This document shows, in pieces, positions 59,902 to 64,000 of a stretch of 64,000 nt of DNA. Source of the stretch: an uncultured Bacteriovoracaceae bacterium (GTDB lineage: Bacteria; Bdellovibrionota; UBA1018). Within the stretch, counting starts at the first letter, position 1. Each line of letters starts with the position of its first letter. The notes under the pieces are model-generated. The model was not told where the DNA came from, did not search any database, and was given only the letters and a program-made list of their open reading frames with translations. The DNA is taken from positions 18,663-82,662 of the forward strand of contig CAYHPW010000005.1 of assembly GCA_964358645.1 (NCBI GenBank). The letters run 5' to 3'. A program made the position numbers and the translations under genes.

Positions 59902-62411
59902 TTAATAACGTTGACGCTTCGTCCATTGTCAGCTTGGCTCATTTTTATGTGGCTGGGTGTATGATAAGTCCTAGGTTTCACCTTGCCTTCCAACGCGTAA
60001 TCTATGACTTCATCGACATTGCTGACATAATGAAAAAACATACCTTTTTTAGCATATTGAGGGACATCTTCCATGTCGTTTTGATTCAATTTGGGCAATA
60101 TGACAGTGCTTACGCCAGCGCGTCGTGCCGCCAGAATCTTTTCTTTTATTCCTCCCACTGGTAACACCTTTCCAGTAAGAGACAGCTCACCGGTCATGGC
60201 AACTTTATAACGGGTCTTACGGCCAGACAAAAGTGAATATAAAGCGGTGGCCATCGTCACTCCAGCAGAGGGGCCATCTTTGGGAATTGCTCCAGCGGGG
60301 ATATGCACGTGAAAATCACGGTTCTTAAAATAATCATTATCCAGTTTAAAATCGGCACTTGCTTTACGTTTGATGTAACTCCAAGCTATCGCCGCACTCT
60401 CTGTCATTACTTCACCCATCTGTCCTGTAAGTTTTAAGTTACCGGTCCCGGTTATATCGGTGGCTTCAACGAAAAGAATATCGCCACCGGTGGTCGTCCA
60501 TGCCAGACCAACCACCACCCCAGGTGAAGTGACTCTTTCAGCTATCTCTTTATAAAATCGCTTCGGGCCAAGCCATGATCGCAATTCACGTGACTTTATA
60601 AATATAGGCTTAACATGGCCATTTTTCTTAGCTGTCCTGCCGCCGTTATCAACCAGTTTGGTAGCTGATTTTCTTGCTATCTTGCCCACTACTTGTTGCA
60701 GAGTTCTCAAGCCCGGCTCCCTAGCGTAATCCGTCATGATTGTCCTTAAAGCTGAAATTTCAAACCGTAGTTCGGACGGCTTAAGTCCATGCTCCTCGAG
60801 CTGGCGCGGTATAACGTATTTAGTCGCGATATGTTCCTTTTCTTCCAGCGTGTAGCCCGGTAATTCTATTATTTCCATCCTATCAAGCAGTGGTGCCGGA
60901 ATCGTGCCTGTTGTATTAGCCGTCAATATGAACAAGACTTTTGAAAGGTCAAACGGGATATCCAAGTAGTGATCTAAAAATGCTTTATTCTGCTCTGGGT
61001 CCAGGACTTCAAGTAGTGCGCTGGCGGGATCACCTTGAAAACTTTGACCGAGTTTATCAATTTCATCCAACATAAGCACAGAATTTTTCGCTCCAGCTCG
61101 CTTTAAGCCCTGTATAACTTTGCCTGGCATTGCGCCAACATAAGTTCGCCTATGGCCCTTTATTTCGGCTTCGTCACGCATGCCACCCAAAGAAAATCGA
61201 AAGAAATTCCGTCCCATGGTTTTGGCTATGGATTTTCCAACTGATGTTTTGCCTACGCCAGGCGGCCCAACGAGACAGATTATCGAACCACGCGGCTCTG
61301 CTTTGAGTTTCCTGACCGCCAGGAATTCTATGATTCGTTCCTTTACCTTATCTAATCCATAATGATCGGCGTCTAGAATATCCCGCGCACGCTTCAGATC
61401 TAGGTTATCCTCGGTTTCCTTACTCCAAGGTAATGCGCATATGGTTTCTAAGTAGCTTCTGGTGACATTATATTCAGGGGACATTTCGGAAATAGTTTCA
61501 AACTTATTAAGTTCTTCCAGCGCCGCCTTTTTTACATCTTCAGGCATGTTTGCCGCATCTATGCGTTCACGGAAACTACGATGTGATTTTTCCTTACCAT
61601 CCTCTTCTATCCCAAGCTCGCGCTTGATGGATTTTAACTGTTCTTTCAGGAAAAACTCGCGTTGAAGCTTGTTTATTTTGCTATTTACTTCATCATTAAT
61701 TTTACGCTGTAAATCAGCGACATCCTGCTCCCGACGCAGATGTAGAAGAAGCTTCTCGAAACGAGATTTCACCGAAAGAGTTTCTAAGAAGTCCTGAGCG
61801 TCTGCTTTAGGAAGTGCCAATGCGAATGCCACAAGATCGGCTATAGCGCCAGGACCTGGCGCATTAATCATAGCCATTCTCATTTCTTCAGTAAAAAATG
61901 GGTTGGCTTCCGACAGTTTTTTTACATATGCAATCACGGATCTAGTGAGTGCATCCATTTCCGTAGATTTTTCGACGATGTCATCCAAATACTCTGTTTC
62001 AACAACTATGTGAGGCTCTACGGATAACACTCTCTTGATCCGGAAGCGCTTCATACTGTGCACTAAAAGATTAATCGACCCGTCAGGAACGCGCAGTCTC
62101 TTAAGAATCTTAACCGCCACACCTATTTGATAAAGATCTGCAGCCTTGACATCCTCCTTTGCTTCACCACTACGTGTTAATAACAACCCAATCATTCTCT
62201 GGCGGTTTATGGCTTCCTCAACCATGGCCACTTGCCTGGGCTGATTAACCAACAATGGGGCCAATAAAGTTGGACATACAACTACGTTGTTTACTGGTAG
62301 AATGAATAAGTTTGAAGGAAGCACTTGTTCCGGCAATACAAGGGTACCGATTTTGCCTTCTTTATCAGAAACCTCGTAGGTTATTTCATTACTATCTTCT
62401 TGTTTAATCAT
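59898..62411 (-). CDS. lon: ATP-dependent protease La
   Basis: LON N-domain, DHYGL.KVKERI, GPPGVGKTS, GHRRTYVGAMPG and catalytic PKDGPSAG. Confidence 0.99.
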   Translation of the reverse strand: MIKQEDSNEITYEVSDKEGKIGTLVLPEQVLPSNLFILPVNNVVVCPTLLAPLLVNQPRQVAMVEEAINRQRMIGLLLTRSGEAKEDVKAADLYQIGVAVKILKRLRVPDGSINLLVHSMKRFRIKRVLSVEPHIVVETEYLDDIVEKSTEMDALTRSVIAYVKKLSEANPFFTEEMRMAMINAPGPGAIADLVAFALALPKADAQDFLETLSVKSRFEKLLLHLRREQDVADLQRKINDEVNSKINKLQREFFLKEQLKSIKRELGIEEDGKEKSHRSFRERIDAANMPEDVKKAALEELNKFETISEMSPEYNVTRSYLETICALPWSKETEDNLDLKRARDILDADHYGLDKVKERIIEFLAVRKLKAEPRGSIICLVGPPGVGKTSVGKSIAKTMGRNFFRFSLGGMRDEAEIKGHRRTYVGAMPGKVIQGLKRAGAKNSVLMLDEIDKLGQSFQGDPASALLEVLDPEQNKAFLDHYLDIPFDLSKVLFILTANTTGTIPAPLLDRMEIIELPGYTLEEKEHIATKYVIPRQLEEHGLKPSELRFEISALRTIMTDYAREPGLRTLQQVVGKIARKSATKLVDNGGRTAKKNGHVKPIFIKSRELRSWLGPKRFYKEIAERVTSPGVVVGLAWTTTGGDILFVEATDITGTGNLKLTGQMGEVMTESAAIAWSYIKRKASADFKLDNDYFKNRDFHVHIPAGAIPKDGPSAGVTMATALYSLLSGRKTRYKVAMTGELSLTGKVLPVGGIKEKILAARRAGVSTVILPKLNQNDMEDVPQYAKKGMFFHYVSNVDEVIDYALEGKVKPRTYHTPSHIKMSQADNGRSVNVIN

Positions 62412-62488
62412 ACTGGCGGCTTATGCAATAAGTCCTTTTTGTTAAAATGAACACGTATCAGGTTTTAGCAAGTATTAAAACGTGATTT

Positions 62489-63058
62489 CTAATCGGAATT
62501 TTTTGACCTTTTTGAGGCCGTTAAACCACGTATATCAAGAATAATCCGTGTAGGGTTGCTTAACTCGAACACCTCAATCGGGTATTCTGCTTTTAATTCA
62601 AAAACAAGCGTCCAAGATTCTTCATCTAGGACAGGATAAAAAATTAAATTTCGGACAAACCGGCTCTTTTTGAAAATAGAAGCTATTTTTTTCGCATCAA
62701 ATAAAAACTTAGGCTTTCCCCAAAGTGTTAAAACAAGCCGCTGTTCCTCCGGAGAAACAGCAACTTGATAATATGGAGGCCTTGGAATGCCAACCGGTTC
62801 GCCATTGCGTTGACCTTCCAAATCTATCACTATCCTCTCAGACCCGGCACTAAACGCCCGCCTGACATCTTTAACCAGCACGCCATTGATAGCCTTGTCA
62901 CCGCCGATGATGAGACCATCATGAATAAAATTCTGGCTCTTTTTTGCATCAGCTATATGGACCCTTTCACTATGAAATTCAATATTGGCCTGGAGATTAT
63001 GAGAGGCAAAACCAAACACTGACAATAAAAACACCCATATAAAATTGTAATATTTCAT
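62489..63058 (-). CDS. Exported AMIN-like domain protein
   Basis: Start ATG 63058 (MKYYNF) gives a signal peptide. ERIVIDL and VFELSNPTRIILDI are AMIN-like. Preceded by TTGCGT-N17-TAGTCT. Confidence 0.6.
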   Translation of the reverse strand: MKYYNFIWVFLLSVFGFASHNLQANIEFHSERVHIADAKKSQNFIHDGLIIGGDKAINGVLVKDVRRAFSAGSERIVIDLEGQRNGEPVGIPRPPYYQVAVSPEEQRLVLTLWGKPKFLFDAKKIASIFKKSRFVRNLIFYPVLDEESWTLVFELKAEYPIEVFELSNPTRIILDIRGLTASKRSKNSD

Positions 63059-63104
63059 GCTTACTAACAAGACTAAACGGCCAACCATTAATACGCAAGA
63101 GCGA

Positions 63105-64000
63105 TCAAGAATTCTCCTTTGAAAAACACAGGCGTGCAAACCCCCATACAAAAAGAAAAGGCAAGAACCATGTGGCCACCGCATGAGATTCAATGGGAAC
63201 TTGGTCGTTTACATTTTGATTGCTGGAGGAAGATTTAATTATTCGGGTGCTTGAACAAAAACCACCACTGTTTTTTTGTGAATCGCTTGTTCTAGACGGG
63301 ATCTTATCTGGAGAGGAATACTTTGGAAAATTCTCGTCCATCCTGCATCTTGGGTTAAATGATAATTCATGTTCCAGTACAGGTCTTGGCTCATTGACTG
63401 AACCGACGATTAAAAAAAATGGGGCAGGATCTAAGAGCGAGGATCCTCCGGGATAGGCTGGATAGGCAGGATATGGAAAATAGGTGTTGGCCGCTGAGTT
63501 GGCTTGCTCAACTTTTAAAACGTAATCCGATGGTTCAAGCCCATCAAAAACAAGCATTGCATCATAATTAATGAACCCCGACTCGCCGGTATAAGCCACT
63601 TTACTCTTGGTCCCTGGGACAAGCTGGCCATAACGATCTAGAAGTGAAAGGTTCACTATAATCGGGGAGTAAAGTGTATATGCCATCCCGCTGATTTCAA
63701 TATGTCCAGAAAGTGAGCGGAGGAGATAATAAGCTGATTTGCCGTTGCTTAATCTATCCACCACCCCAAAGCCTGGTTTGTATGTAGCGCCGTCGAAAAT
63801 TTCTGGAGCTGTAGCAAAATCCGTTGAGAATATTATCGTTTTAACTGCTGCTGCACCTTGAGCGCCACATGCCACCTTGAAAGTCGGGGCCGTAACGGAT
63901 TGGCCTTGTTGTACCTCAATCGGCTGTAAAGTGTTCATGGTACCATCAGTAAGAAAACCCCTGGCAAAAAAAGTGTGTTCTGTACAGATATTATGGTTAA
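63105..64000 (-). CDS. C-terminal part of a surface/exported protein (5' end beyond the window) with a Cys-containing C-terminal anchor
   Basis: The frame stays open from 63938 to the window edge (NHNICTEHTFFARGFLTDGTM). Ends with GGFCS, a spacer, a hydrophobic segment and a short tail. Confidence 0.65.
   Translation of the reverse strand, partial: NHNICTEHTFFARGFLTDGTMNTLQPIEVQQGQSVTAPTFKVACGAQGAAAVKTIIFSTDFATAPEIFDGATYKPGFGVVDRLSNGKSAYYLLRSLSGHIEISGMAYTLYSPIIVNLSLLDRYGQLVPGTKSKVAYTGESGFINYDAMLVFDGLEPSDYVLKVEQANSAANTYFPYPAYPAYPGGSSLLDPAPFFLIVGSVNEPRPVLEHELSFNPRCRMDENFPKYSSPDKIPSRTSDSQKNSGGFCSSTRIIKSSSSNQNVNDQVPIESHAVATWFLPFLFVWGFARLCFSKENS

Noticed and set aside
62412-62488. CIRCE or sigma32 heat-shock element upstream of lon
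   Set aside because: No TTAGCACTC-N9-GAGTGCTAA and no convincing CCCCAT element.

Overview
Compact, gene-dense bacterial chromosome segment in the standard code, with many overlapping start/stop codons. The gene content suggests a Bdellovibrionota-like or deltaproteobacterial organism (inference only): PilZ, GYF and cNMP-domain proteins, a TIGR04552-like protein, a Flp pilin cluster and FliA-type promoter motifs. Most of the window is housekeeping: ligA, radA, glpK, hflKC, carB, greA, recG, pgpA, recA, alaS, ssb, pal, cpoB, tsaD, rsmA, smpB, rpoZ, lon and tRNA-Ser(GCT). There are also surface-glycan genes and c-di-GMP signalling genes. No CRISPR array, integrase, transposase, prophage or rRNA was seen. 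Best leads: (1) an AT-rich, translationally coupled operon just after tRNA-Ser encoding a methyltransferase, a short DltB-type MBOAT, a 60-aa DltX-like peptide ending FIYIDF and an SGNH/DltD-like protein, with no DltA/DltC; (2) a coupled operon joining a RelA/SpoT-synthetase-like TIGR04552 protein to a degenerate flavoprotein and a permuted multi-Fe-S fusion protein; (3) an unannotated ~100-nt structured RNA candidate at 17421-17521; (4) a recurring FliA-type promoter motif upstream of second-messenger genes, and a sigma54-like site upstream of recA. All family calls come from motif recognition by eye; no database search was run.
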